Below, piece by piece: positions 62,961 to 64,000 of a stretch of 64,000 nt of DNA. The position numbers and the translations under genes are program-made. The stretch is from Pseudomonadota bacterium (lineage in GTDB: Bacteria > UBA10199 > 2-02-FULL-44-16 > DYJF01): the NCBI GenBank assembly GCA_043823065.1, contig JBDRBB010000001.1, positions 1 through 64,000 of the forward strand. Direction: 5' to 3'. Below the pieces are notes generated by a model, which worked only from the letters and a program-made list of their open reading frames with translations, ran no database searches and was not told the DNA's origin. Position 1 is the first letter of the stretch; each line of letters begins with the position of its first letter.

Positions 62961-63037
62961 GGCCCCGTAGCTCAGTTGGATAGAGCACAAGATTCCTAAT
63001 CTTGGTGTCGCAGGTTCGAATCCTGCCGGGGTCACCA
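62961..63037 (+). tRNA. tRNA-Arg(CCT)
   Basis: GGCCCCG...CGGGGTC-ACCA; anticodon arm CAAGA-TTCCTAA-TCTTG. Confidence 0.96.
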
Positions 63038-63669
63038 TGAAAGTTTTGTTTTCTCCAAATACAATGGATGGCAAACGATGCTACCAAGCTGCGCTAGCCA
63101 TGGTTTTAAATACATTTCGTCCTGAAACAAAGGTTTATCCATCTGATCTAGATGAAGTTACCAACCATACTCCTGGAAAATGGACTTGGCCCACAGCTGG
63201 CATGTTGTGGCTCTTAGACAATGGTTTTGAACTTCGTTTAATTGAAGATTTTGACTATGAAGAGTTTGCCAGACGCGGACCTGACTATATAATAGATAAG
63301 GCTGGTCCCGAAGTAGGCGAAGCTCAAATTAGAAATAGTTTAATTGACCAGGAACTGGATTATGCCCGGAAATTTGCCAAATTGAATTTGGTTGAAAAAC
63401 GGTTGCCTTGTTTTAAAGATATCAGACAATTATTAGCAGAAGGATATCTGGTTTTGTGTAATGTTAATTCTGCAGCCCTGCATGGACAGCCAGGCTATGC
63501 TGGTCATTTTGTGGTTATATTTGAAATTGATGATCAAAACCTTACTATGCATGATCCAGGCCTTCCACCTAGACCAGGTCTCAAAGTTTCTCGTGAGATA
63601 TTTGAAAAAGCCTGGGCCTACCCATCAGAAAATGAAAAAAACCTTCTAGCTGTACGCTTGAAAAAATAA
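63037..63669 (+). CDS. Peptidase C39-like (papain-fold) protein
   Basis: CYQAALAMVL (Cys), GHFVVI (His), HDPG (Asp), FEKAW. Confidence 0.8.
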   Translation: MKVLFSPNTMDGKRCYQAALAMVLNTFRPETKVYPSDLDEVTNHTPGKWTWPTAGMLWLLDNGFELRLIEDFDYEEFARRGPDYIIDKAGPEVGEAQIRNSLIDQELDYARKFAKLNLVEKRLPCFKDIRQLLAEGYLVLCNVNSAALHGQPGYAGHFVVIFEIDDQNLTMHDPGLPPRPGLKVSREIFEKAWAYPSENEKNLLAVRLKK

Positions 63670-63741
63670 TTGACTCAACATCCCCCCAGTGGTAAATTCT
63701 TTAGTAATTTTAATTGATTAGCAATTTTTAGGGGGCAGCTT

Positions 63742-64000
63742 ATGAACAAATCAGAGCTAATAGATGTTGTAGCCTTAAAGACAAATACCACTAGAAAGAA
63801 AGCTGAAGATGTAGTGAATCTGATTTTTGATTCCATGGTTGAGGCCATGTCTAAAGGTGATCGCATTGAAATCAGAGGGTGGGGAAGTTTTGTGGTTAAA
63901 AATTACAAGGCTTATGTTGGTCGTAATCCTCGCACTGGTGAAAAAATTGAAGTTGCTCCAAAAAAACTACCTTTTTTTAAGGTTGGCAAAGAGCTTAGAG
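63742..64000 (+). CDS. HU/IHF-beta family DNA-binding protein (3'-truncated; missing from the ORF track)
   Basis: MNKSELID...RIEIRGWGSF...GRNPRTGE...PFFKVGKELR. Confidence 0.95.
   Translation, partial: MNKSELIDVVALKTNTTRKKAEDVVNLIFDSMVEAMSKGDRIEIRGWGSFVVKNYKAYVGRNPRTGEKIEVAPKKLPFFKVGKELR

Noticed and set aside
63675..63866. Minus-strand 63-aa ORF
   Set aside because: Antisense shadow of the HU/IHF gene starting at 63742

Overview
AT-rich, gene-dense, mostly core-genome window from a Gram-negative bacterium. Gene content (PEGA-domain Ser/Thr kinase, FHA proteins, MepA-LysM, split GcvP) points to a Deltaproteobacteria-like lineage (Myxococcota/Bdellovibrionota relatives); this is inference. 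It carries rny-ymdB-tyrS, a full rRNA operon (16S-Ile-Ala-23S-5S), tRNA-fMet, tRNA-Arg(CCT), a cluster of orphan exported proteins, skp-yicC-relA/spoT, nadE, divergent dnaK/dnaJ, gcv, folD, purMN and surE-pcm-nlpD-apt. No integrase, transposase, prophage or CRISPR array was seen. Most notable: (1) a PEGA kinase directly upstream of a DgcB-like FHA-GGDEF cyclase and divergent from an orphan FlhB/SctU with an NPTE motif, a possible predation/secretion signalling locus; (2) a shared sigma28-like promoter motif before two orphan genes, one effector-like; (3) a peptidase gene whose ATG uses the last A of a tRNA CCA end; (4) several apparently leaderless genes; (5) a REP-like palindrome inserted in-frame into the NlpD signal peptide; (6) heptamer-built palindromes at gene boundaries; (7) two probable pseudo-enzymes and a Trm112-FHA fusion; (8) homopolymer frameshifts that may be sequencing errors. 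All calls come from motif recognition by eye, without database searches.
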